DNA of 32,000 nucleotides, taken from assembly GCA_003858585.1 (NCBI GenBank), contig RQZE01000006.1:90001-122000 (forward strand). The letters run 5' to 3'. This DNA comes from Erysipelotrichaceae bacterium OH741_COT-311. GTDB lineage: Bacteria > Bacillota_I > Bacilli_A > Erysipelotrichales > Erysipelotrichaceae. Position 1 is the first letter of the stretch. Each line of letters starts with the position of its first letter. The translations under genes were made by a program, and so were the position numbers. Of the stretch, positions 8,508-16,616 are shown one piece after another. The notes beneath the pieces were generated by a model. It searched no databases and had not been told where the DNA came from. It saw nothing but the letters and a program-made list of their open reading frames with translations.

Positions 8508-9560
8508 ATGTACAAGTCTCAGGCAAGAGGTCAATTACTTGAAATTGTTTTAGAAAAACTTATTGAAGTAAATGGATATAAAGTTATTAATGAAGGAGAA
8601 GATGTTGAGGAACAGAATAATGGCTTGAATGTTAGAGGACGTGGAGGCTTTCACCAATGTGACTCTCTTGGAGAATTTAAAATTACGCCACCATTCATGT
8701 ATCCATTAAGATTATTCGTTGAAGCTAAATTTTATGAAAAGGAAAAAGTTGGGATTGAAAAGGTAAGAATGGGTATTGGGATTCTACAAGATGTAAATAC
8801 TAATTATTCTACCTGTGACATGGATTATAATCAGCTAAATTTAACTAGATATGATTATCATTATGCGTTGTTTTCTACATCGGGATTCACGTTTCCTGCT
8901 CAAAGAATGGCTCTTGCACACAAAATAGGTTTAATTGATTTAAGTAATGGTCAACTTAGCTTTATAAAATCATTAATAAGAGACATTGTAAATTTATTAT
9001 TTGATAATGTTAATATTAGCGAGGGCGTGTTTAATCAATTTAAAAAAATTTTTAAGAATATTATAAATAACCATTTTGAAGACTATTCATGCAAATTATA
9101 TGAAATGTCTCGATTATTGGAAGATTCGTATTTTTTAAGTGATTTAGAAAGGTTAATAAATGATTTGGTTAATCAAATTCAAAATCAATCTATTTATCTT
9201 GCCAGTATAAGAAGTTCTCAAATAATAGCACTTATTCCAAAAAATAATGAAGATTTTAAATTGTCTCTTAAAAGAAATCCACATCAAAGCGTATCAATTA
9301 ATTGGGAAGACCATAATGGTGATTGGATTGTGAGACCAGAAGATCAATCGTATGAGTTAATTTTTAAATTACCTGAACTATTAGTTAGGGAGCTAAGTCA
9401 GAATTTAGAAAATATTGAAGCAAATTCAATGGCAATGAAAGAATCAGTACTAGCTACCATGAGTTTTGTTGCATACCTTGATAATCAAAATCCTACTTTA
9501 TGTACATTAAAATTTGATAAAGAAATGACACTGGGAAATATTAATCGATTTAATACTTAA
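8508..9560 (+). CDS. Mrr-cat-type PD-(D/E)XK restriction-endonuclease-like protein with an unknown C-terminal domain
   Basis: The elements appear in Mrr-cat order: GQLLEIVLEKLIEVNGYKV, then HQCDSLGEF (catalytic D), then LFVEAKFY (E-x-K), then ALFSTSGFTFPAQRMALAHKIGLIDLS. The following about 200 aa carry no motif I recognise. There is a strong SD (AAGGAGGGGG) and the gene is monocistronic. Confidence 0.6.
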   Translation: MYKSQARGQLLEIVLEKLIEVNGYKVINEGEDVEEQNNGLNVRGRGGFHQCDSLGEFKITPPFMYPLRLFVEAKFYEKEKVGIEKVRMGIGILQDVNTNYSTCDMDYNQLNLTRYDYHYALFSTSGFTFPAQRMALAHKIGLIDLSNGQLSFIKSLIRDIVNLLFDNVNISEGVFNQFKKIFKNIINNHFEDYSCKLYEMSRLLEDSYFLSDLERLINDLVNQIQNQSIYLASIRSSQIIALIPKNNEDFKLSLKRNPHQSVSINWEDHNGDWIVRPEDQSYELIFKLPELLVRELSQNLENIEANSMAMKESVLATMSFVAYLDNQNPTLCTLKFDKEMTLGNINRFNT

Positions 9561-9680
9561 CAAATTTTAATAATATATAAAATGTTGTCTCAACTTCTAA
9601 TGAGTTGTAATTAAAATGATATATAGCCTAAAAGATAGATGAAATATTCTTTTTGTATATAATTTGTTAGCGTATTTTTT

Positions 9681-9703
9681 AAAATGTATAAAGTAATTAA
9701 TTA
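9681..9703. repeat. Right copy of the imperfect direct repeat flanking the nuclease islet
   Basis: See the left copy at 8437-8456. Confidence 0.3.
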
Positions 9704-9921
9704 TAAGTTCATGTCTTATCATTGAAACTTGTGTAATTATGAAGAATAATAATCATTAATAAATTTAGATGAGTGTGGTAGCTCTTATTGCAACAGGTAT
9801 TGCTTATGGGATTATTGTGTTTTTCTGTTAGTTTAAAATCAAAGATAATTATATTTTAAGTAAAGAATATTTTTTATAATAGAATTATTTTATGAAAGAA
9901 GTATTGTCTTAAGGAGTTATT

Positions 9922-10386
9922 ATGGTTCATTTAAAAGAAATTACAAAAGATCAAGAACAAGTTTTATTTAATATTATGCAGAAATATTTATATGAAATGA
10001 GTCAATACTACGCTAAATCAATGGATGAACAAGGGAATTATCCTTATAAATATTTACCTTGTTATTTCACTGAGGAAGATCGGCATGCCTATTTTATCTA
10101 TGAAGATACATTGTTAATTGGATTTGTATTAGTGAATAAACACTCTTTTACAAAGGAGGAAATAGATTGTTGTATTGCAGAGTTTTGCATCTTTCCAACT
10201 TTTAGAAAGAAAGGTTATGGCTTAGATGCGGTAGAAGCAATAAGAAGGCTTCATCCCGGAAGTCTTCAATTAAAATATTCCAAAGCAAACACATTAGGTA
10301 TGGCTTTTTGGAAAAAGGTATGTAAGAAATATCAAGGAATTGAAATCGTAAGCGATGATGAAATCATAGTAACCATCCATTCATAA
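9922..10386 (+). CDS. GNAT family N-acetyltransferase
   Basis: IAEFCIFPTFRKKGYGLDAVEAI is the acetyl-CoA-binding motif A (R/Q-x-x-G-x-G/A). The protein is 154 aa and SD AAGGAG is present. Confidence 0.75.
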   Translation: MVHLKEITKDQEQVLFNIMQKYLYEMSQYYAKSMDEQGNYPYKYLPCYFTEEDRHAYFIYEDTLLIGFVLVNKHSFTKEEIDCCIAEFCIFPTFRKKGYGLDAVEAIRRLHPGSLQLKYSKANTLGMAFWKKVCKKYQGIEIVSDDEIIVTIHS

Positions 10387-10398
10387 AATAGATAAAAA

Positions 10399-10424
10399 CG
10401 ACTAAAAAGACTTAGCCGTTTTTT
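10399..10424 (+). terminator. Probable rho-independent terminator
   Basis: CGACTAA / TTAGCCG stem with one mismatch, loop AAAGAC, followed by TTTTTT. Confidence 0.45.
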
Positions 10425-10468
10425 AATAGGATAAGAGTGTGATAAAATAGGGATATAGAGGTAACGAT

Positions 10469-10804
10469 ATGGCATCAAGCAAAGAATACTTAGAGTTTAT
10501 TTTGGAACAACTTTGTGATTTAGAAGATGTTAGCTATCGTTTTATGATGGGTGAATATGTTTTGTATTACAAAGGTAAAATTTTTGGTGGCATTTATGAT
10601 AATCGCTTTTTGGTAAAACCAGTGCCAGCTGCCATTCAATATGTCTCAAAGATAGAGTATGCCTTACCTTATAAAGGTGGTAAAGAGATGTTGTTGGTGG
10701 ATAATATAGATGATAAAACATATTTAGGTGGGCTAATAACTGCTATGTATGATGAGTTACCTGTTTTAAAAATAAAGCAACGTGAAAAAAAGAGAAATGA
10801 TTGA
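10469..10804 (+). CDS. TfoX/Sxy N-terminal domain protein
   Basis: YLEFILEQL...VSYRFMMGEYVLYYKGKIFGGIYDNRFLVK matches the TfoX_N pattern. The protein is 111 aa. Confidence 0.65.
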   Translation: MASSKEYLEFILEQLCDLEDVSYRFMMGEYVLYYKGKIFGGIYDNRFLVKPVPAAIQYVSKIEYALPYKGGKEMLLVDNIDDKTYLGGLITAMYDELPVLKIKQREKKRND

Positions 10805-10832
10805 GACGTGTCAAAGTATTGGGTGGTGAGGT

Positions 10833-11396
10833 ATGAATACATATATTGATATTACAGATGTTGTGCTTAAGACAAATCGTTTAACACTTCGTCCTTTTCA
10901 TCAAGAGGATTTAGAAGATTTCTATCAGTATGCTTCTGTGGATGGAGTAGGACAAATGGCGGGATGGAGACCTCATTCTAGTAAAGAAGAAACACAGGCT
11001 ATACTAGATTCTTTTGTAAAGAAGAAAAAAACATTTGCTTTAGAATATCAAGGAAAGGTGATCGGATCACTTGGGATTGAAGAATATAATGTAGAAAAAT
11101 TTCCCGAATTTAACGATAAAAAATGTCGACAACTTGGTTTTGTTCTTGCGAAAGAACATTGGGGGAAAGGATTTATGGTAGAGGCGGTAAATGAAGTTCT
11201 GTGCTATCTTTTTGAAGATATTGGATTAGATCTCATCTTATGTGGGTATTTTTTAAAAAATAAACAGTCACAAAGAGTACAAGAAAAATGTGGGTTTCAA
11301 CCATATAGAAAGAGTATGCATCAAACTGAGATGGGTGATATTGAAGAAAGCGTGGATAATATATTACGTAAAGAGGAATGGAAACAAAATAACTAG
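10833..11396 (+). CDS. GNAT N-acetyltransferase, RimJ/RimL-like
   Basis: The LTLRPFHQEDLEDFYQY opening and LGFVLAKEHWGKGFMVEAV motif A are typical of the Acetyltransf_3/RimJ subgroup. Confidence 0.75.
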   Translation: MNTYIDITDVVLKTNRLTLRPFHQEDLEDFYQYASVDGVGQMAGWRPHSSKEETQAILDSFVKKKKTFALEYQGKVIGSLGIEEYNVEKFPEFNDKKCRQLGFVLAKEHWGKGFMVEAVNEVLCYLFEDIGLDLILCGYFLKNKQSQRVQEKCGFQPYRKSMHQTEMGDIEESVDNILRKEEWKQNN

Positions 11397-11496
11397 CTTG
11401 TTTCAATCATATTGATAGAACTGGAAAAATGAATTTAAAATGAGAAGAAATCATAGGAAATGCATTTCTATAACATAAGTATATATGGAGGTAATT

Positions 11497-12120
11497 ATGA
11501 GAAGTGGACATGTTATTTATAAAGTAAATGATTTACAACAAGCGGTGCAAGAGTGGAGAAGCAAAGGCTTTGAAGTTGAGTATGGAAGAAAGAAAAATCC
11601 GATTAATGCAATCATATATTTTAGTGAAGGGGCTTATATTGAACTGCTACAGAATACCGGCATGCCTAAAATTGTAAAGTTGTTAAGTAAAATTTTTGGT
11701 TCAAATAAGAAAATGGAACGCTTTCATTACTGGGATACATGTAAAGAAGGGTTATGTGGATTTTGTATTGAAAAGGATTTTGGAAGTTTAGATGAAGAAG
11801 TGGCATTTTTAAAGAAAAATGGTATAGATGGAGTATTATTTAATCATTTAAAACGCATTGATACAAAAGATAGAGAATTACAATACAGATGTTTTTTTCC
11901 GGAGGGCATCGATTTTCCTTTTTTAATGAGTTATTTTAGTGTTGATCCTAAACCGAAGAATTTTATACATCCAAATGGAGTGAAAAAAATCAAGAAGATT
12001 GTTTTTAAGATCGATGAACATCATGCGAATATTTTAAAACAATTGGTAAAAGATGATACTCTTGAAATTATAGCTGATGAGAAAGAAAAAGGCATTGTCC
12101 ATATTGAATATGAAAAGTAA
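11497..12120 (+). CDS. Glyoxalase-like (VOC superfamily) domain protein
   Basis: GHVIYKVNDLQQAVQEWRSKGFEVEYG...YIELL resembles the Glyoxalase_3 N-terminal beta-alpha-beta module. I chose the ATG at 11497 behind GGAGG. Confidence 0.5.
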   Translation: MRSGHVIYKVNDLQQAVQEWRSKGFEVEYGRKKNPINAIIYFSEGAYIELLQNTGMPKIVKLLSKIFGSNKKMERFHYWDTCKEGLCGFCIEKDFGSLDEEVAFLKKNGIDGVLFNHLKRIDTKDRELQYRCFFPEGIDFPFLMSYFSVDPKPKNFIHPNGVKKIKKIVFKIDEHHANILKQLVKDDTLEIIADEKEKGIVHIEYEK

Positions 12121-12151
12121 ATAGGGAGGGTAAGGATAGGGGATAAAATCA

Positions 12152-12778
12152 ATGTTTAATATTAAATACATGGGATATTATAAGGAAGAGACTCAATTAA
12201 TAAATGGTGCCGCACTTCCTATTAACGCAGTACAATTTAAAGAGGGAGATAACTTAAGTAGTATTTTTATTTTTGGTGCTATGGTAGGAATGCCATTTAT
12301 ATTAAGTATGATTCTTTTCGCTTATTTTAAAATGAAAGAAGTAAATTATGGATATACCTTTGAGCTAAATAGTGTAACTATTATAACCTATCTTGTAACA
12401 TGTTTTTTAATGGTTGCCTTGTTGTTTGTCCATGAGTTTATTCATGCTATTTTATTTCCTTTAAAAGCAGAGAAAACAATATGGTTTTATCCTCAACAAG
12501 GAGCTTTGTTTGTCTATTGCAATGCCTTGGTAAGTAAGATAAGATTTATTGTTATTTGTCTTGCGCCTGCGATGATTTTAGGTTTGATTCCCTTTGTGCT
12601 TTGGTATGTGTTTGCTAAACATATACAGATGCCCTATAGTTACGCTATAGTGGTTATATCTATTACAAATGTAGTGGCTTCTGTTGGAGATTTTGCAAAT
12701 GTGTATAATGCGATTCGACAAGTTCCTAAAGGGGCATACATATTTAACTATGGATTTCATTCTTTTTGGTTGAAATAA
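12152..12778 (+). CDS. DUF3267-like membrane protein (putative zincin, HExxH)
   Basis: HEFIHAILFP lies in a polytopic membrane protein of about 200 aa, the hallmark of DUF3267. Confidence 0.6.
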   Translation: MFNIKYMGYYKEETQLINGAALPINAVQFKEGDNLSSIFIFGAMVGMPFILSMILFAYFKMKEVNYGYTFELNSVTIITYLVTCFLMVALLFVHEFIHAILFPLKAEKTIWFYPQQGALFVYCNALVSKIRFIVICLAPAMILGLIPFVLWYVFAKHIQMPYSYAIVVISITNVVASVGDFANVYNAIRQVPKGAYIFNYGFHSFWLK

Positions 12779-12846
12779 TTAAGGGAAATAGAATTGTAAT
12801 ATCAAGAATGAGTAGACATTGGAAATTGAAAGTTTGGTAAGAAAAT

Positions 12847-13083
12847 ATGAATTGGACAATAAGAAATGTAATAAGTGGTGATGAAAAAGAGCTGGCTTAT
12901 ATACAAACAGAGAGTTGGAAGGAAGCCTTTAAACATATTCTTTCAGAAGAGTTACTTAAAATATATACAGATAAAAATCGTTCTATGAAGATGTACAAAC
13001 GCTTAATCGATGAAGGTATTGGACATGGATATATCTTAGAAGTAAACGGTAATCCTCATTGTATTGCATGGTGGGTTGCATAA
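12847..13083 (+). pseudogene. 5' half of a GNAT acetyltransferase gene interrupted by the mobile element
   Basis: The ORF reads ...GYILEVNGNPHCIAWW and then VA-stop as it enters element DNA. It lacks the acetyl-CoA motif, which is found in the 18830-19105 fragment. Confidence 0.75.
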
Positions 13084-13132
13084 TATTAACTGAACAGGAG
13101 TGATATATAGACACAAAAAGGAGGATAAAGCA

Positions 13133-14971
13133 ATGATGGAATATGCAACCAAAATCACTGCGCTATACTCCCGCCTTTCAGTTGGTGATGAGGATAGGGA
13201 TGGTGGGGAAAGCAACAGTATCGTTAATCAAAAGGCATTCTTAGAACGGTATGCAAAACAGCATAAGCTGATGAACATTCGCCACTATATCGACGATGAT
13301 GAAAGCGGTCGCTTCTTTGACCGTAATGCTTACACACAGATGATAAGCGATGTGGAAAACGGTAAAATCGGCATAGTCATTATGAAAGATATGACAAGGT
13401 GGGGACGAGATTATCTTCAAGTTGGGAACGCTATGGAGATATTCAGAAGAAACAATGTACGCTTTATTGCCATCAACAACGGCATTGACAGCAAAGACCA
13501 AAATACATTGGAATTTGCCCCTTTTATCAATATTATGTCGGAGTGGTACGCAAGGGATATCAGTAAGAAAGTCAAAACAGGCATTAAGACCAAAGGAGCA
13601 AGCGGAAAGCCTGTCGCAACAGAAGCCCCGTACGGCTATATCAAAGACCCTGAGAACAAAGATTATTGGATCGTCGATAAAGAAGCTGCCGAAGTGGTAA
13701 AACTCATTTTTACGCTTTTTATGGAGGGGAAAAATAGAAATCAGATAGCCGTTTATTTGAAAGAAAAAGAAATACTAACCCCAACCTTTTATATGAAACA
13801 GCAAGACAGAGGAACCGCAAAAAGCAGAACACTCAATGAAGAAAATCGCTATAACTGGAACAAAGCAACCCTAACACGCATACTGCAAAGGCAGGAGTAT
13901 TGTGGCGATGTAGTCAACTTCAAAACCGAAAAGCATTACAAAGACAAGCGAAACCACTATGTCGATAAAGATAAGTGGCAAATCACCCCCGATGTGCATG
14001 AGCCAATCATCGACCGAGCCACCTATGAAAATGTACAGCGGATATTAAAAAATGCACCGGTAAAAAGACCGAACGGAGATGGAGAAATCCACCCATTATC
14101 GGGATTGATGTACTGTAAAGATTGCGGTACGAAAATGCACATTCGCACCATACACAAGAATAATAAAATACAGCATGTAACCTATTGTAGCGAATATGCC
14201 AAAGGCAAAGCCAAGCACCCGAAATGCCATTCCCCACATCGCATTGATGTCGATGATGTCATGGAAACGCTCAAAGAGATTTTACGAAAGATAGGCAAGT
14301 TTTCATTCACAAACAAATCAGAGTTTGAAGCATTGGTAAAAAACAGTCTTGCCAAAGAACAGACCGAAGAAGTAGGGAAACAAAAAAATCGTATCCCACA
14401 AATCACAGATAGATTGGAACAGATAGAAAGAGTGATGAATAAACTGTATGAAGATAACGCACTGGGAAATATCGAGCCGAAACGCTATGAACAACTATCG
14501 GGGAAATATGCAGAAGAATATTACAGCTTAAAAGCGGAACAGGAGCAAATAGAAGAACGCTTATCCGAATTTGAAAATGCCAACCAAAGAGCCAAGAATT
14601 TTATAAGGCTTGCTGAAAGCTACTCAGACTTTGAAGAACTTACCCCCACTGCTATCAATGAATTTATCAGTAAAATAGTAGTGCATGAGCGAGATGTCAA
14701 AAGAGCAAAATATGCCGTTCAGCGAATCGAAGTCTATTTCAACTATATCGGAAAATTTGAAAATGAACTCACAAAACAGATCGAGCCGACAGAACAGGAA
14801 ATGATACAGATGAGAGAAGAAATCGAAGAAGCTAAGAAAGAAAAAGCACGAGCATATCGTAGGGAATATTACAAAGAATACCGAGCCAAAAATATTGAAA
14901 AATGCCGAGAGTATGAAAAAGTAAAGGCAAGAGAGTATAGAGCAAAAAAGAAGCTACAAGCAACAACCTAA
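13133..14971 (+). CDS. Large serine recombinase (integrase/excisionase of the element)
   Basis: The resolvase-domain opening is KITALYSRLSVGDEDRDGGESNSIVNQ (catalytic Ser in YSRLS). A recombinase domain, a Zn-ribbon (CKDCGTKMH...YCSEY...KCH) and a long C-terminal coiled coil follow. The ATG at 13133 follows AAAGGAGGA. Confidence 0.9.
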   Translation: MMEYATKITALYSRLSVGDEDRDGGESNSIVNQKAFLERYAKQHKLMNIRHYIDDDESGRFFDRNAYTQMISDVENGKIGIVIMKDMTRWGRDYLQVGNAMEIFRRNNVRFIAINNGIDSKDQNTLEFAPFINIMSEWYARDISKKVKTGIKTKGASGKPVATEAPYGYIKDPENKDYWIVDKEAAEVVKLIFTLFMEGKNRNQIAVYLKEKEILTPTFYMKQQDRGTAKSRTLNEENRYNWNKATLTRILQRQEYCGDVVNFKTEKHYKDKRNHYVDKDKWQITPDVHEPIIDRATYENVQRILKNAPVKRPNGDGEIHPLSGLMYCKDCGTKMHIRTIHKNNKIQHVTYCSEYAKGKAKHPKCHSPHRIDVDDVMETLKEILRKIGKFSFTNKSEFEALVKNSLAKEQTEEVGKQKNRIPQITDRLEQIERVMNKLYEDNALGNIEPKRYEQLSGKYAEEYYSLKAEQEQIEERLSEFENANQRAKNFIRLAESYSDFEELTPTAINEFISKIVVHERDVKRAKYAVQRIEVYFNYIGKFENELTKQIEPTEQEMIQMREEIEEAKKEKARAYRREYYKEYRAKNIEKCREYEKVKAREYRAKKKLQATT

Positions 14972-14995
14972 AACCAAATATCAACCAAGCAAAAG

Positions 14996-15026
14996 AGGTT
15001 TCCGAAGTACAGGAAATCTTTTTTTG
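14996..15026 (+). terminator. Rho-independent terminator after the recombinase gene
   Basis: AGGTTTCC (14996-15003), an 8-nt loop, GGAAATCT (15012-19) with one G-U pair, followed by TTTTTTT. Confidence 0.6.
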
Positions 15027-15047
15027 TGCAAGTAAAAGGAGGATTAA

Positions 15048-15230
15048 ATGACCGAAAAACAAAAACCACAGACCAACGAAGAACAAGCGACACACCGAAA
15101 ACCTGATGGCATTCTAACAAAAAAGATGAATGGAAAGACCTTTGTAACAGAAATATATTTTGATAAAAAGAGCAAGGATACCTTTCAAGATAAGCTGTTA
15201 AAGATAGTGCAAGCCCAGCGGAAAGAATAA
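15048..15230 (+). CDS. TnpW-like small transposon-encoded protein
   Basis: 60-aa ORF behind AAAGGAGGA. KKMNGKTFVTEIYFDKKSKDTFQDKLLKIV resembles the small TnpW proteins of Tn4451-type elements (R.G.TtY.V.v.Fs..skEt..DKi..Li), as I recall them. Confidence 0.4.
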   Translation: MTEKQKPQTNEEQATHRKPDGILTKKMNGKTFVTEIYFDKKSKDTFQDKLLKIVQAQRKE

Positions 15231-15336
15231 ATAAAACAAACACTTTGTATTTTGCTTCTCCGTGCTTTTCAATCTGTTCCTATGAAAAACACGAAAGCAA
15301 GCAGAAAATCCGACAGTGGAAAAAATGCCCTCAAAA

Positions 15337-15345
15337 TGGTATAAT
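15337..15345 (+). promoter_or_regulatory. Extended -10 promoter (TGGTATAAT) of cargo cassette 1
   Basis: TGGTATAAT lies 65 nt upstream of the ATG at 15410. It is embedded in a about 40-nt block repeated upstream of the second cargo gene. Confidence 0.5.
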
Positions 15346-15409
15346 ATTGATAAACAATTAGAGAAACAAGTTTGAATTTATTGAGATGAACTTTGGGAGA
15401 GGTATTAAG

Positions 15410-15931
15410 ATGGGTGGGGTTTGGCTATTGCTAATATTCTTAACTGTAAGATTTGGTTTGTTTTCTATCATAAAAAAAGAAGCTATACAGCGAGCAGGAT
15501 ATTTTGCTCCAATACAAAAATCTGAAAAAGTAGCATATTACATCTACCAAGTATCTAATATAGCATTATTAATATGCGTGATGGTATCATCAGTAAAAAT
15601 TGATTTTTCTCTTCAATTTTATTTAGGCTTATCGCTCTTTTTGGTAGGTATATTATTATGTGCAATTTCAGTTGTGTGTTTTGCTTTCCCGAATGATGAG
15701 GGGTTAAATACCAATGGTATTTATAAATTTTCAAGAAATCCGATGTATGTGGCTTATTTTGTTTGCTTCTTAGGGATGTCTTTATTAATACAGTCATTAA
15801 TCATGTTGGTAATGGTGTTAATCTTCCAGATTTCTGCTCATTGGATTATTGTATCGGAAGAAAGATGGTGTTTAGAAAAGTTCGGAAAAAGCTATGAAGA
15901 TTATACAAAAAAGGTTCGACGATACATTTAA
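15410..15931 (+). CDS. ICMT/PEMT-like membrane methyltransferase family protein (cargo 1)
   Basis: A polytopic membrane protein with GIYKFSRNPMYVAYFVCFLGMSL, the G.Y...RNPMY signature of the isoprenylcysteine carboxyl / phospholipid methyltransferase family. The ATG at 15410 follows GGGAGAGG. Confidence 0.6.
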   Translation: MGGVWLLLIFLTVRFGLFSIIKKEAIQRAGYFAPIQKSEKVAYYIYQVSNIALLICVMVSSVKIDFSLQFYLGLSLFLVGILLCAISVVCFAFPNDEGLNTNGIYKFSRNPMYVAYFVCFLGMSLLIQSLIMLVMVLIFQISAHWIIVSEERWCLEKFGKSYEDYTKKVRRYI

Positions 15932-15987
15932 ACTATCTCCTCGTTTGTTGGAGTGAAGTAAACAAAAGCTATAACATGACAATTCAC

Positions 15988-16030
15988 GAAACAGTAAATT
16001 AAATCGGTTTACTGTTTTTTTATTGCTCAA
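15988..16030 (+). terminator. Cassette-1 terminator, copy A of a conserved 43-nt module
   Basis: AAACAGTAAA (15989-98), a 9-nt loop, TTTACTGTTT (16008-17) as a perfect 10-bp stem, then a T-run and the conserved tail TTGCTCAA. It is repeated at 18734-18775. Confidence 0.7.
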
Positions 16031-16054
16031 AATCAAGAAGAAAGGACAAGGAAA

Positions 16055-16375
16055 ATGAAAAATATAGAAGAAAAGATTTTAATGGCAGAAGAAGAAATCA
16101 AGCAGTTACGAAACAAAAGAAAAAAGCTCATCAGTCAGCAGAAAGAGGAGGAACGAAAAAAGAGAGATAGACGGCTTTATGAAAAAGGAGGAGTATTTGA
16201 AAGTATCTTTACTGAAAGCAAAGAATTAACCAAAGATGAATTTTATCAGCTCATAAGTTCTCTAAATCATAAAGAAGAAATCCGACAAAAAATCAAGAAA
16301 ATCATAGCTAAGCGAGAAGAAAACGAAAACCAAAATATAGAAACACAAGAGGAAGTAACGGACATCGGGGAATAG
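16055..16375 (+). CDS. DUF3847-like relaxosome accessory protein
   Basis: A 106-aa basic coiled-coil protein (EEEIKQLRNKRKKLISQQKEEERKKRDRRLYEKGGVFESIF) lying immediately upstream of the oriT-like region and relaxase. This pattern and position are typical of DUF3847. Confidence 0.5.
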   Translation: MKNIEEKILMAEEEIKQLRNKRKKLISQQKEEERKKRDRRLYEKGGVFESIFTESKELTKDEFYQLISSLNHKEEIRQKIKKIIAKREENENQNIETQEEVTDIGE

Positions 16376-16560
16376 TCCCTTGTTTACAAGGGTGCACTTA
16401 TACACCCTAAAGGGTGTGTGCGTTCTCCGAAGGCTCTTGCAGAGAGCATATCAGCTAAACGCTGATACAGGGGAGCTACACTCCCCTACGGAAATAAATT
16501 TCCTACCCCTTGTGTACTTCCCAAAAGAAATCGGATAAAAAGCAATTCGATTTTTTTAGG
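16376..16560 (+). other. Candidate oriT: dense cluster of short inverted repeats
   Basis: Inverted repeats: CCCTTG/CAAGGG (16377-92), AGGGTG..CACCCT (16389-16408), GCTCT/AGAGC (16433-47), TATCAGC/GCTGATA (16449-67), GGGGAG/CTCCCC (16470-86), GGAAAT/ATTTCC (16490-16503) and AAATCG/CGATTT (16528-53). Direct repeats: AGGGTG (16389, 16411) and CCCTTGTnTAC (16377, 16507). The region lies between the accessory gene and the relaxase gene. Confidence 0.5.
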
Positions 16561-16616
16561 AAGTCTTATCCATCGCCACATCAAAGTATCAGAACAACGA
16601 AAGGGGGTTTTCTCTT

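Noticed and set aside
13241-15243. Several minus-strand and alternative-frame ORFs inside or after the recombinase gene (13241-13501, 13422-13700, 14007-14237, 14182-14406, 14832-15095, 14968-15243).
   Set aside because: All overlap the well-supported serine recombinase or TnpW-like frames, lack SDs and have antisense-type composition.
15250-15312. Long imperfect inverted repeat (TTTGCTTCTCCGTGCTTTTC ... GAAAAACACGAAAGCAAGCAGAAAA) after the TnpW-like gene.
   Set aside because: The pairing is interrupted by several mismatches and there is no T-tract, so I cannot distinguish a weak terminator from chance.
16376-16616. The structured GC-rich block read as a possible ncRNA or riboswitch.
   Set aside because: The stems are very short, mutually exclusive and palindromic at the DNA level. 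The position between the accessory gene and the relaxase favours oriT. An RNA role cannot be excluded.
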